Made by a program: the position numbers and the translations under genes
Shown here: one piece after another, positions 1-8,999 of the stretch
How the letters are laid out: every line of letters begins with the position of its first letter
Position numbering within the stretch: the stretch's first letter is position 1
Origin: an uncultured Bacteroidales bacterium
Lineage (GTDB): Bacteria > Bacteroidota > Bacteroidia > Bacteroidales > VadinHA17
DNA length: 64,000 nt
Direction of reading: 5' to 3'
Assembly: GCA_963734885.1 (NCBI GenBank)
Contig: CAVTIJ010000002.1
Coordinates: 259,977-323,976, forward strand
Notes under the pieces: model-generated
Told to the model about the DNA's origin: nothing
Database searches by the model: none
Seen by the model: the letters and a program-made list of their open reading frames with translations, nothing else

Positions 1-62
1 TTATAATTCCACTTCGTGATGGACTCATGCTGATAAGGAAAAAGGCTTAATTACAATTTTTG

Positions 63-100
63 ATACCTTTGTGCCGTTAAGCCTCTGCGCCTTTATTCCT
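63..100. repeat. partial copy of the CTTTGTG/CACAAAG-type intergenic repeat
   Basis: ACCTTTGTGCCGTTAAGCCTCTGCGCCTTTATTCC has 8-9-nt periodic units. It resembles 27012-27050. Confidence 0.3.
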
Positions 101-101
101 T

Positions 102-109
102 TAAATTTG
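102..109 (+). promoter_or_regulatory. Bacteroidota-type -7 promoter box (TAnnTTTG)
   Basis: TAAATTTG lies 35 nt upstream of the ATG at 144. No matching -33 TTTG at canonical spacing. Confidence 0.3.
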
Positions 110-143
110 GTACAGTTTTTGTGTCTAATGAATAAATAATCAT

Positions 144-803
144 ATGAAAAGAGTATTACCTGTCATCCTGATCGTAATCGGTGCGATCTCATTGAATGCC
201 CAGACAAACAAAGTTGATCAGCTCCAGGCTCTGGAACAAAATCAACCAGTAAATCAGAATATTACCCCATCCGGCCAGGATACGGTTGTTACTGCCACCC
301 TGAAATCTGCGAGCCGTTTATTTGCCGACAAGAATGACCTGACCTCTGTGATTGTTATAGTTCCTGCTGACTCAATTGTGGAAGTCCTTGACTCTGACAG
401 TACATATCTTCATGTTGTTTATCAGGATAATGAAGGTTTCATATATAAACATCAGGCAATTATTAACAACCCGATTATTAATGATAACCAGAATACCCAG
501 TTGCAAAACACAGATCAGTTGTCTCAAAATGCAAACCAGAATAACCAGCAGGCTCAGGATCAGCAACAAAGCCGATTTTCATATCTTGAAAATAAATATG
601 GCTCAAACCTGGCCGCAAAACTCAATGCGGGAAAGATCTGGAAAGGAATGACAGCAGAAATGGTCAGTGACAGCTGGGGAACTGCCGATAAGATAAACAG
701 GATCATTGACGGTAATATAATCAAGGAAGAATGGATATACAGGACTACCTGGTTATATTTTGAAAATAATACCCTCCTTGAATGGGGTCCGGTAAGAAAA
801 TAG
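144..803 (+). CDS. secreted hypothetical protein with Q/N-rich linker
   Basis: 219-aa ORF. Signal-like N-terminus MKRVLPVILIVIGAISLNAQ. Low-complexity stretch NQNTQLQNTDQLSQNANQNNQQAQDQQQ. No family recognised. Confidence 0.55.
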   Translation: MKRVLPVILIVIGAISLNAQTNKVDQLQALEQNQPVNQNITPSGQDTVVTATLKSASRLFADKNDLTSVIVIVPADSIVEVLDSDSTYLHVVYQDNEGFIYKHQAIINNPIINDNQNTQLQNTDQLSQNANQNNQQAQDQQQSRFSYLENKYGSNLAAKLNAGKIWKGMTAEMVSDSWGTADKINRIIDGNIIKEEWIYRTTWLYFENNTLLEWGPVRK

Positions 804-846
804 ATCGGACAAAAAAAGGAAGCCTTTACTTCCTTTGTGATTTTTG

Positions 847-919
<73 letters not shown>

Positions 920-930
920 AAATGCACGGG

Positions 931-938
931 CAAAAATA
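931..938 (-). promoter_or_regulatory. -7 promoter box (TAnnTTTG) for tRNA-Gly
   Basis: The reverse complement reads TATTTTTG, about 11 nt upstream of the mature tRNA 5' end. Confidence 0.35.
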
Positions 939-1003
939 AGAATTTTTTTTTATCTGCAAACAGTAAGTACAAAAAAACAAAGCAAGAGTTGTCTTTCTCT
1001 ATA

Positions 1004-1042
1004 TTCTCTGTGCTCCTCCTGCTCTCTGTGTCAGTTCTTAAT
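1004..1042. repeat. half copy of the CTCTGTG-type intergenic repeat
   Basis: TTCTCTGTGCTCCTCCTGCTCTCTGTGTCAGTTCTTAAT. The last 19 nt match 4923-4941 with one difference. Confidence 0.6.
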
Positions 1043-1131
1043 TTTAAATCTCTCGATTATCAGCAGTTCGTTATTTTATTCTATTTTTATATTAGTAACC
1101 CGATCGCTTTGTAACCTATAAAAAACTCTAT

Positions 1132-1962
1132 ATGAAAAAACATCTTTTTTTATTTTTATTTCTGCTTGCATGTTTTGCTCCTATATTCGCACAGGAAGAT
1201 GTGGAAGGCAGCAAAGATTCTCCTCTATTCACCAGGATGCCCGGCTATCATATCTACCGGTACGATGACCTTCAGTTTGATAAGTATGAATTCAGGGTAA
1301 GTGACAGTAAGACCCAGATTGTCGAAGGACATCACCTTTTAATTATGTACGACCTTAATAATAATGTTCAGGCTCCAAGCCCACTTCAGATTGGAAGAAA
1401 TTATATAAATGCCATTAAAAAGATTGGAGGACAGCTGGTTTATGAATTTCAGGACCCGGGGGAGGATGTTGTTCTCAAAGTTATAAAGAACGGAACTGAA
1501 GTTTGGGCTTATATTACTGCGAACGGAAGCGGTTCTTACTCAATCAATCTTGTAGAAAAACAGGCAATGAACCAGGATGTGGTCGCTGATGCTAACAGTC
1601 TAATGAACAGCTTAAAAGAAACAGGCAAGGTGGCATTATATGGAATTTATTTTGATACTGGTAAATCTACTCTAAAACCTGAATCTGATCCAACATTGAA
1701 GGAGATGACAAAGCTGTTAAATGCTAATCCTGATCTTAAACTATACGTCGTTGGGCATACTGATAATGTTGGAGTCTATGAAACAAATATGCGATTATCA
1801 GTTGAAAGGGCCCTGGCTGTTGTAAACGCTCTGGTATCAAAGTATTCTGTTAATGCGGCACGACTCACTGCATGTGGAGACGGACCCACTTCCCCTGTTG
1901 CAACTAATGATACTGAGGAGGGAAAAGCACTCAATCGCCGGGTTGAATTGGTTAAAAAATAG
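1132..1962 (+). CDS. OmpA-family protein (exported, C-terminal OmpA-like peptidoglycan-binding domain)
   Basis: 276 aa. Signal peptide MKKHLFLFLFLLACFAPIFAQ. C-terminal YVVGHTDNVG...NRRVELV motif. The N-terminal half is homologous to the paralog at 26014-26841. Confidence 0.85.
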   Translation: MKKHLFLFLFLLACFAPIFAQEDVEGSKDSPLFTRMPGYHIYRYDDLQFDKYEFRVSDSKTQIVEGHHLLIMYDLNNNVQAPSPLQIGRNYINAIKKIGGQLVYEFQDPGEDVVLKVIKNGTEVWAYITANGSGSYSINLVEKQAMNQDVVADANSLMNSLKETGKVALYGIYFDTGKSTLKPESDPTLKEMTKLLNANPDLKLYVVGHTDNVGVYETNMRLSVERALAVVNALVSKYSVNAARLTACGDGPTSPVATNDTEEGKALNRRVELVKK

Positions 1963-2085
1963 GTATCAATACAATATTAACTTTATTTAACCATGATTAT
2001 ATTGCATTCCGGATTATGATTAAAATTTTCATTACTTTTCGTTTCATATAACCATGCAAGCTGTCGTACCTAAATCCATTTTCAA

Positions 2086-4884
2086 ATGAAAAAAATCAAT
2101 TGCTGTTACCTTTTCTTAATCATTCTGGTATTTTCATGCACAACCGAAAAAAAAGAAGCGCCTCTATCCATTCCATGGGAAAAATATACTTTGCCTAATG
2201 GTTTGACTGTTGTCCTCAATGAAGACAAATCCGATCCGATTGCTATTCAGGCAGTTTATTACCATGTTGGCTCCAGCCGTGAGGTACCGGGGAAAACCGG
2301 ATTTGCGCATCTTTTTGAACATATGATGTTTCAGAAATCCGAGAACGTGAAGGAAGATCAGTTCTTTAAAAACATACAGGGCGCTGGCGGAACTCTGAAT
2401 GGCAGCACCAATCAGGACAGAACCAATTACTTTGAAGTAATTCCGAATAACTCTCTTGAAATGGCAATCTGGATGGAATCCGACAGAATGGGTTACCTCG
2501 AGAATACTGTTACACGTTCAGCGCTTACCAACCAGCAAAACGTAGTGCAGAATGAAAAACGTGAAAGTGTGGATAATGCTGCTTACGGATTTGAAGATTA
2601 TCTTATCCTCAAAACCCTTTACCCGGTAGGTCATCCATACAGTTGGGATGTCATTGGGGATATGACTGATCTGACAAATGCAACTGTTGAGGACGTGAAA
2701 GCTTTCCACAAAAAATATTATTCTCCTAACAATGCTACACTTGTAATTTCCGGTAATTTCAACAAAGAGCAGGTAAAAGGATGGATAGAAAAATATTATG
2801 GCGAGATCCCGCAGGGAGAAGCTGTAGAAAAAAGATCCGCAATGCCTGTTAAGTTAGCTTCAACCGTAAAACTTTATCATGAGGATAATTTTGCAAAAAC
2901 TCCTCAACTCACTTTGGTGTTTCCATCAGTTGAGCGATATTCAAAGGACTCATATGCCCTTAACTTTCTGGGGCAGCTTCTTTCCGGAACAAAAAAATCA
3001 CCCTTGTATACTGTTCTTGTTAAAGATAAAAAACTTACATCGCGTGTTATGGCACGCAATGGCTCACAGGAACTTGCAGGAAGTTTCACAATTACAATAA
3101 ACGCAAACCCCGGGGTTAATCTCACAGATGTTGAAAAAGCAATTTTTGAAGGGTTCGCAAAATTTGAAAAAGATGGTTTTACAAATGAAGACCTCACTAT
3201 TATTAAGGCAGGATATGAAAGCCGCTTTTACAATTCTTTTGCCAGCATACAAGGAAAAGCATTTCAGCTTGCAGAGTACACAATGAATACCGGTGATCCG
3301 GGCTATTATCAGAAAGATCTCGCTTCTATTCAGGCTGTAAGTATGGAAGATGTCAAAGCTGCTTATGAAAAATATATTAAAGGAAAGAATTTCGTAGAGA
3401 CAAGCTTCGTCCCGAAAGGAATGGTAAATCTTATTGCTGAAGGTTCTATTAATGCTGGTATTGTTGAAGAAGATGTAACAAAAGCTGCTGAAGTCAAAAC
3501 GGAATCAGCTGTTGAAGAACCTGTAGTAAAGACAGTCACAAAAATTGACCGTTCAGTCATGCCTGCAGTAAGTGCAGATCCAACCGTGACAATCCCGGCT
3601 ATCTGGAAGGGGTCACTTTCAAACGGAATGAAAATATGGGGTATCAGCCAGAATGAATTGCCGCTTATCCAGTACTCGATTGTCATCAGTGGAGGACATA
3701 TGCTCGATAATGTTGCTAAAGCCGGTGTTGCTAACCTGGTTGCATCAATGATGAATGAAGGAACAAAGAACAAAACTCCTGAACAGCTTGAAGAAGCAAT
3801 AGGATTACTTGGCGCTACAATCAGGGTCAATTCCGGGAATGAAGATATTTCAATCAGTGTGAGCACAATGGCAAAGAATTTTGAAAAGAGTCTGGCTCTT
3901 GTCCAGGAGATTCTGCTTGAACCAAGATGGGATACAGTGCAGTTTCCATTAGCAAAAAGCCGTATAATAAACGGTTTAAAAAGAGATGCTGCCAGTCCTG
4001 ATTATCTTGCATCAAAAACACTCAATAAACTTATGTTTGGTGATAATATTCTGTCCATAAACGCAACAGGAACAGAGGAATCGGTCAGTTCAATTACAAT
4101 TGACGACCTGAAAGAGTATTACAGCAAGTACATTTCACCATCAATCAGCCGTTTCATTATAGCCGGTGATGCAGATTCAACAAGGATCAAAGCCGCTCTT
4201 GAAAATCTTAATACGAAATGGCAGGCAAAAGAAGTGGTTATTCCTGAAATTAACGTACCAGCAGCTCCTGAGAAATCACAGATATATTTTGTCGATGTTC
4301 CTGGTGCAAAACAATCTGTCATAGCCATTGGGGCTCCATCATTATCCAGACCGGATCCTGATTATTTTGCTGCAACAGTTGCGAACTATAAGCTTGGAGG
4401 ATCATTCAATGGTATATTCAATCTGATTCTAAGAGAAGAAAAAGGATTTACCTATGGCGCAAGATCAAATTTCAGCGGAGCCAGGAATTACGGAACATTC
4501 ATCGCAACATCCAGGGTAAGGACAAACTCAACAGTTGAATCTGTTACGATCTTCAAAAACGAGATGGAGAAATATTCCAAGACCATTCCGCAGGAGTATG
4601 TCGACTTTACAAAATCATCGCTTATCAAAGGAAATGCTCTGCGGTTTGAAACTCTTGGCAATCTTCTTGGTATGCTTAATACCATGTCGGCTTATAACCT
4701 GCCTGTTAACTATATCAAACAGGAAGAAGCAATTGTTAACGGGCTTACGGTTGAAAAGGATCTTGAACTTGCTAAAAAGTATATTAATCCGGCCAGAATG
4801 TACTATGTTGTTGTGGGTGATGCCAAAACGCAGATTAAAGATCTTGAGAAGGTTGGATTAGGGAAACCGGTATTGGTGAATTAA
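2086..4884 (+). CDS. M16 (pitrilysin/insulinase) family zinc peptidase, double-length
   Basis: 932 aa. Inverted zinc motif HLFEHMMF (HxxEH). The length fits two tandem M16 halves. Lipoprotein-like signal ILVFSC. Confidence 0.85.
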   Translation: MKKINCCYLFLIILVFSCTTEKKEAPLSIPWEKYTLPNGLTVVLNEDKSDPIAIQAVYYHVGSSREVPGKTGFAHLFEHMMFQKSENVKEDQFFKNIQGAGGTLNGSTNQDRTNYFEVIPNNSLEMAIWMESDRMGYLENTVTRSALTNQQNVVQNEKRESVDNAAYGFEDYLILKTLYPVGHPYSWDVIGDMTDLTNATVEDVKAFHKKYYSPNNATLVISGNFNKEQVKGWIEKYYGEIPQGEAVEKRSAMPVKLASTVKLYHEDNFAKTPQLTLVFPSVERYSKDSYALNFLGQLLSGTKKSPLYTVLVKDKKLTSRVMARNGSQELAGSFTITINANPGVNLTDVEKAIFEGFAKFEKDGFTNEDLTIIKAGYESRFYNSFASIQGKAFQLAEYTMNTGDPGYYQKDLASIQAVSMEDVKAAYEKYIKGKNFVETSFVPKGMVNLIAEGSINAGIVEEDVTKAAEVKTESAVEEPVVKTVTKIDRSVMPAVSADPTVTIPAIWKGSLSNGMKIWGISQNELPLIQYSIVISGGHMLDNVAKAGVANLVASMMNEGTKNKTPEQLEEAIGLLGATIRVNSGNEDISISVSTMAKNFEKSLALVQEILLEPRWDTVQFPLAKSRIINGLKRDAASPDYLASKTLNKLMFGDNILSINATGTEESVSSITIDDLKEYYSKYISPSISRFIIAGDADSTRIKAALENLNTKWQAKEVVIPEINVPAAPEKSQIYFVDVPGAKQSVIAIGAPSLSRPDPDYFAATVANYKLGGSFNGIFNLILREEKGFTYGARSNFSGARNYGTFIATSRVRTNSTVESVTIFKNEMEKYSKTIPQEYVDFTKSSLIKGNALRFETLGNLLGMLNTMSAYNLPVNYIKQEEAIVNGLTVEKDLELAKKYINPARMYYVVVGDAKTQIKDLEKVGLGKPVLVN

Positions 4885-4891
4885 ATATTTT

Positions 4892-4992
4892 ACCTCTGTG
4901 CAACTCTGTGCTCCTCTGTGTTCTCTGTGTAAGTTCTTAATAACTTTTTAGTTACACAGAGGAACACAGAGAAGACACAAAGGGCCACAGAG
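4892..4992. repeat. long imperfect hairpin of CTCTGTG/CACAGAG units (intergenic repeat family)
   Basis: Arms 4893-4932 and 4952-4992 are about 90% reverse-complementary around a 19-nt loop GTTCTTAATAACTTTTTAG, followed by TTTTATTTT. Confidence 0.8.
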
Positions 4993-5043
4993 TTTTATTT
5001 TGCCTCTATCTCATTTGCTGTTTTTAATAAAGATTATTTATTC

Positions 5044-5051
5044 TAAATTTG
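5044..5051 (+). promoter_or_regulatory. -7 promoter box (TAnnTTTG) upstream of tRNA-Leu
   Basis: TAAATTTG lies 64 nt upstream of the tRNA 5' end. Confidence 0.3.
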
Positions 5052-5114
5052 CAGCACTTGAAAAAGTCCACCGACTGCATGATGCAAGACAGCAGACTGC
5101 ACGACAAAATATTT

Positions 5115-5198
5115 GCCCGGATGGTGGAATGGTAGACACGCAGGACTTAAAATCCTGTGACCATTACGGTTGTGCGGGTTCAAGTCCCGCTCCGGGTA
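5115..5198 (+). tRNA. tRNA-Leu (anticodon TAA), type II with long variable arm
   Basis: 84 nt. Acceptor GCCCGGA/TCCGGGT, anticodon stem CAGGA/TCCTG, loop CTTAAAA, T-arm GCGGG-TTCAAGT-CCCGC. Confidence 0.9.
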
Positions 5199-5311
5199 CC
5201 CAGAGGCACAAGAGGTCAAAACTGACCTCTTGTTTCATTTTATGACATTCTGAAAACCCCACTAATTCAAAGGATGAGATGTACAGTAATTTTCAGGGAG
5301 AGGGTTGCAAC
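5194..5311 (+). repeat. direct repeat copy 1 (tRNA-Leu 3' edge plus downstream 113 nt)
   Basis: About 85% identical to 8113-8229. The first 28 nt, GGGTACCCAGAGGCACAAGAGGTCAAAA, are identical in both copies. Confidence 0.9.
5208..5240 (+). terminator. intrinsic terminator after tRNA-Leu
   Basis: 11-bp stem ACAAGAGGTCA / TGACCTCTTGT with loop AAAC, followed by TTCATTTTA. Confidence 0.65.
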
Positions 5312-5356
5312 AGGCGATCCTTCCCACTGACAGTCCATATACCAAAAGGTTTTTTA

Positions 5357-7873
5357 TTACTTTCCTGTCTGAATTTCAATCTCCCCAGCCATCAGTCCGT
5401 CAGATTCCGCTTTCAGGCTTATGATTCCTGAAGAAATGAATGGTCTTATTACAACAAGGGCTCTTCCTTTCCAGGTTTTTATTACAGGTCTATTTACACT
5501 TGTCATATCACTGGGATCCGCATTCCCTGATGCAACCTGCTCCCCATCGCCTGAAACTGTAATTCTGATCTGTCGGGATGCATCACTTATCAACTTCCCG
5601 CTTTTATCAACGATCTCCACCCGTACAAAGCAAAGATCATTTCTGTCAGCATTTATATCTGAACGATCTGCAATGAGCCGTACTCTGAAAGCTTCATCTG
5701 TGGTTTTAAGAGTTTTGGATGCGATTTCCTTTCCATTCACAAAACCAGTAGCCTTCAATTCACCTGATTGGTATGGAACCACAAATAATGCAATATATTT
5801 ATCTGCATCAGTCAAATCTTTTTCACCAACTGACTTACCATTCAGTTCGAGTTTAACATGTGAAGCCTTAGTAAAAACCCTAATCTGCAGAGGTTTACCT
5901 TCGTTTCCATTCCATGTCCAGCTTTGTTGTTCATTTGGCCAGCCCCAGCCGCTCAGGTTTTCTGCAAATCCTTCCGGGATTGGAGAATGTACGGTAATTT
6001 CCAGTTTACTGTTGTCCCATAGAACATCCCGGTAAAACATCTGAGGTTTTTTCTCTCCTGTTATATCAATATCTCCACATCCTGATAAGAAATAGGGCCA
6101 GGCAGATGGCATCTTGCTTATCACGTCAAAGATATTCACCCCTGCTGGTAATTTAAGCTCTGAGGGCATTTTGAAAGTTGATTTTTTGGCTTCAGGAACA
6201 ATAGTTGCACTTCCGACTGAAGCCTCACCAATGTAATCCATAGCTGACCAGACAAAATCCCCGATAACATAGGGAAATTTTTCAGCAGGCTTCCAGGAAT
6301 CGTATGCATCTCCCGGAAATGATTCTGAAGCGTACATAATACGTGAGGGATATTTTTCGTGATCAGATTCATATTTTGTCCAGGTATAGTTATAGCCCGC
6401 AACATCAAGTAATTCAATGGCATTTATCGTGTTTTTCCATCCACCCGGAGTAAATACTTCAGAGATTGCTTCCGTAACCGCCCGTGTATTATCAAGAGCC
6501 TTTACCTTGTCAACCAGCTGTTTGCCAATCAGCACACCATCCGGGGTACTACTTTCCGGAATTTCATTGCCTATGCTCCACATGATAATTGAGGGATGAT
6601 TTCTATCACGAAGCATCATATCGGTCAGATCCTTGTTCCACCATTCACTGAAAAACCTGGAATAATCATGAGGATTTTTATAGGACTCCCACATATCGGT
6701 AAACTCATCAATAACCAGAATGCCAAGTCTGTCGCAGGCATTCAGGAATGTTTCCGACGGAGGATTGTGCGCACAGCGTATTGCGTTGTAGCCATTGGCT
6801 TTCATAAGTTCTACCCTTCTTACTTCTGCCCTGTCAATGGCTGCCGAGCCAAGGAATCCATTATCATGATGCAAACAACCTCCTCTAAGCTTTACCGGTT
6901 TCCCATTTAGCAGAAATCCTTTTTCAGCTGAAAACTCAATTGACCTGATAGCAAATGTCTGATTGTATGTGTCCTTTAATTTATTATTTACTTCTACCAG
7001 TACTTCAGCTTTATAAAGGTTCGGGTTCTCAATAGTCCACAATAAAGGTTTTTTAACTTCAATTTGTTCGTTTGTGATATTCTCAGATTTCCCTGAAAGT
7101 ACAATGCTATACTTTGAAGTGCCTGCCGGATGGCCGTTATTATCTCTGATATTTATAGTAATTGTTGCATCGACTTCTTTTTCGCTTTCATTTCTGGTTG
7201 TGACGCCGACATGAGTAAATGCTGAATTCGCATTGATTACAGGAGTAGTAACGTACACTCCCCATTCTGCTACATGTACTGGATTGGTTATTATGAGATG
7301 GACATTCCTGTATATTCCTGATCCGGAGTACCAACGTGAGTTCCTTCCGGCATTCTCAACTTTAACAGCTATAACATTAACCTTGCCTGAAGGATTCAGT
7401 AATGCAGTTATATCGAACCAAAAGGGAGTGTAACCGTTTTTATGAATACCAGCTTTCGATCCGTTAACCCACACTTCTGATTCCATGTAGACACCATCGA
7501 AATTTATAACTACAGTTTTACCTTCCTCAGTTCTGTCAAGTGTAAAACTTTTACGATACCATCCGGTTCCTCCGATTACATGCCCGGTTGAATTCCCATT
7601 ACCGGGAGATTTCTTCGAAAAGGGGCCAACCTTGCCTGCTCCGTCTTCCCCTGCTAGTGGCATTATGCTGTAATCATGAGGAAGATCTACTGTCAACCAT
7701 TTCGAATCATCAAAACCTGTTTGCTGCGCTCCTTGTATTGAATCCCTGAGAAATTTCCATCCGGAATTGAATAGACGATCACGCTCCGGTTCTTTGTTTT
7801 GACTTTTTGCTGTATATAAAAATATCAGATTCAAAGGAATCAGCAGTACTAAAAACTTAAAGGTATTACTCAT
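5357..7873 (-). CDS. glycoside hydrolase family 2 (beta-galactosidase-like), exported
   Basis: 838 aa with a signal peptide. GH2 TIM-barrel motifs NAIRCAHNPPSETFLNACDRLGILVIDEF and WSIGNE. N-terminal sugar-binding domain pattern. Confidence 0.85.
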   Translation of the reverse strand: MSNTFKFLVLLIPLNLIFLYTAKSQNKEPERDRLFNSGWKFLRDSIQGAQQTGFDDSKWLTVDLPHDYSIMPLAGEDGAGKVGPFSKKSPGNGNSTGHVIGGTGWYRKSFTLDRTEEGKTVVINFDGVYMESEVWVNGSKAGIHKNGYTPFWFDITALLNPSGKVNVIAVKVENAGRNSRWYSGSGIYRNVHLIITNPVHVAEWGVYVTTPVINANSAFTHVGVTTRNESEKEVDATITINIRDNNGHPAGTSKYSIVLSGKSENITNEQIEVKKPLLWTIENPNLYKAEVLVEVNNKLKDTYNQTFAIRSIEFSAEKGFLLNGKPVKLRGGCLHHDNGFLGSAAIDRAEVRRVELMKANGYNAIRCAHNPPSETFLNACDRLGILVIDEFTDMWESYKNPHDYSRFFSEWWNKDLTDMMLRDRNHPSIIMWSIGNEIPESSTPDGVLIGKQLVDKVKALDNTRAVTEAISEVFTPGGWKNTINAIELLDVAGYNYTWTKYESDHEKYPSRIMYASESFPGDAYDSWKPAEKFPYVIGDFVWSAMDYIGEASVGSATIVPEAKKSTFKMPSELKLPAGVNIFDVISKMPSAWPYFLSGCGDIDITGEKKPQMFYRDVLWDNSKLEITVHSPIPEGFAENLSGWGWPNEQQSWTWNGNEGKPLQIRVFTKASHVKLELNGKSVGEKDLTDADKYIALFVVPYQSGELKATGFVNGKEIASKTLKTTDEAFRVRLIADRSDINADRNDLCFVRVEIVDKSGKLISDASRQIRITVSGDGEQVASGNADPSDMTSVNRPVIKTWKGRALVVIRPFISSGIISLKAESDGLMAGEIEIQTGK

Positions 7874-7948
7874 ATTAGCTATAGTGTTATTTTCAGAGTT
7901 CCTGACATCCTATTTTATGAAGAATACAGTTCCCCGGAGTTAACCTGC

Positions 7949-8110
7949 AATTTACTTGTTTATACTCACTCTTTTGCCTTCAACAGAAAACATTCCCATG
8001 ATATCACCACTAATAGTCTCGTCTTTCTTGACGAGTTTAAGATCAACATCGCCCTGACTTCCGGTAAAAGTAACAGTAGCCTGATCTTTGTCGATAGTTG
8101 TATTTGTCAC
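7949..8110 (-). pseudogene. possible 3' gene remnant (53 codons, no credible start)
   Basis: Open frame VTNTTIDKDQATVTFTGSQGDVDLKLVKKDETISGDIMGMFSVEGKRVSINK*. The frame hits TGA a few codons upstream, inside repeat copy 2. Confidence 0.3.
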
Positions 8111-8112
8111 TG

Positions 8113-8229
8113 GGGTACCCAGAGGCACAAGAGGTCAAAATCGACCTCTTGTTTTATTTTAGGACATTCTGAAACAGTCACAAATTCAAAAGATGAGAGA
8201 CATCTTAAATTTGAAGGAGAGGGTGCAAT
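8113..8229 (+). repeat. direct repeat copy 2 (homolog of the tRNA-Leu 3' edge and downstream region)
   Basis: See 5194-5311. It retains the terminator hairpin (ACAAGAGGTC / GACCTCTTGT, 8127-8152). Confidence 0.9.
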
Positions 8230-8287
8230 TTTATTAAATTCCAAAATCTTGTTGATATGAAACTTTATATTCATATATTTAATAAAT

Positions 8288-8295
8288 TAGCTTTG
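8288..8295 (+). promoter_or_regulatory. -7 promoter box (TAnnTTTG)
   Basis: TAGCTTTG lies 33 nt upstream of the ATG at 8328. Confidence 0.3.
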
Positions 8296-8327
8296 ATCTT
8301 TCTTCTTATATACTAATATTTATCAGC

Positions 8328-8987
8328 ATGGTAATTAAATCTATATTCTTAGCATTTGCTTTGCTTTCTGTCTCAACCATTTCAAATGGTCAGCAATCCG
8401 GCACGTTTACAGATCCGAGAGACGGGATAACTTACAAAACAGTTAAGATTGGCACACAGACATGGATGGCTGAAAACCTCATCACTACCAAGTTCCGGAA
8501 TGGCGATCCTGTTCCTGAAGCAAAAAAAAATGAAGAATGGGTAGTTAAAAAAGCTGCATGGTGTTATTATAACAACGACCCAAAAAACGGAGCAAAGTAT
8601 GGAAAACTTTATAACTGGTATGCTATGACGGATCCCAGAGGTCTGGCTCCTGCAGGATGGCATATGCCGGATGCCAGGGAGTGGCAGACACTAGCCACTT
8701 TTCTGGGAGGCATTGAAGCAGCAGGCAATAAAATGAAAAGCAAAAGCGGATGGGATGAAAATGGTAACGGCACCAATGAATGTGGTTTCTCAGGTCTGCC
8801 GGGTAGCCTGCGATACGATGACGGACAATTTAACGATATTGGCCGGATGGGGTATTGGTGGTCAACTACTCCTAATGTAATGCGTACTTTATCCTTCACC
8901 CTTAATCTTAGTAATAGTTATATGGGCTGGGGACAGGGACATGCAAACGAGACATACGGTTTTTCTGTCAGGTGTATAAAGGATTAA
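8328..8987 (+). CDS. FISUMP (Fibrobacter succinogenes major paralogous) domain protein, exported
   Basis: 219 aa with a signal peptide. Pattern FTDPRDGITYKTVKIGTQTWMAENL ... YGKLYNWYA ... GWHMPD..EW ... GYWWS is typical of TIGR02145-type domains. Confidence 0.8.
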   Translation: MVIKSIFLAFALLSVSTISNGQQSGTFTDPRDGITYKTVKIGTQTWMAENLITTKFRNGDPVPEAKKNEEWVVKKAAWCYYNNDPKNGAKYGKLYNWYAMTDPRGLAPAGWHMPDAREWQTLATFLGGIEAAGNKMKSKSGWDENGNGTNECGFSGLPGSLRYDDGQFNDIGRMGYWWSTTPNVMRTLSFTLNLSNSYMGWGQGHANETYGFSVRCIKD

Positions 8988-8999
8988 TTCCTTTTTCAT

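Noticed and set aside
5000-5245. An 81-aa ORF spanning tRNA-Leu. ORFs at 560-904, 753-980 and 893-1114 span tRNA-Gly or the repeat.
   Set aside because: They overlap tRNA genes, repeats or terminators and read like translated structural RNA or repeat sequence.
5194-8229. A classical integrase-mediated genomic island at tRNA-Leu.
   Set aside because: There is no integrase, excisionase or mobility gene. The repeat covers only 5 nt of the tRNA, and homology continues about 90 bp beyond the identical core. It is kept as a duplication/insertion finding rather than a mobile_element call.
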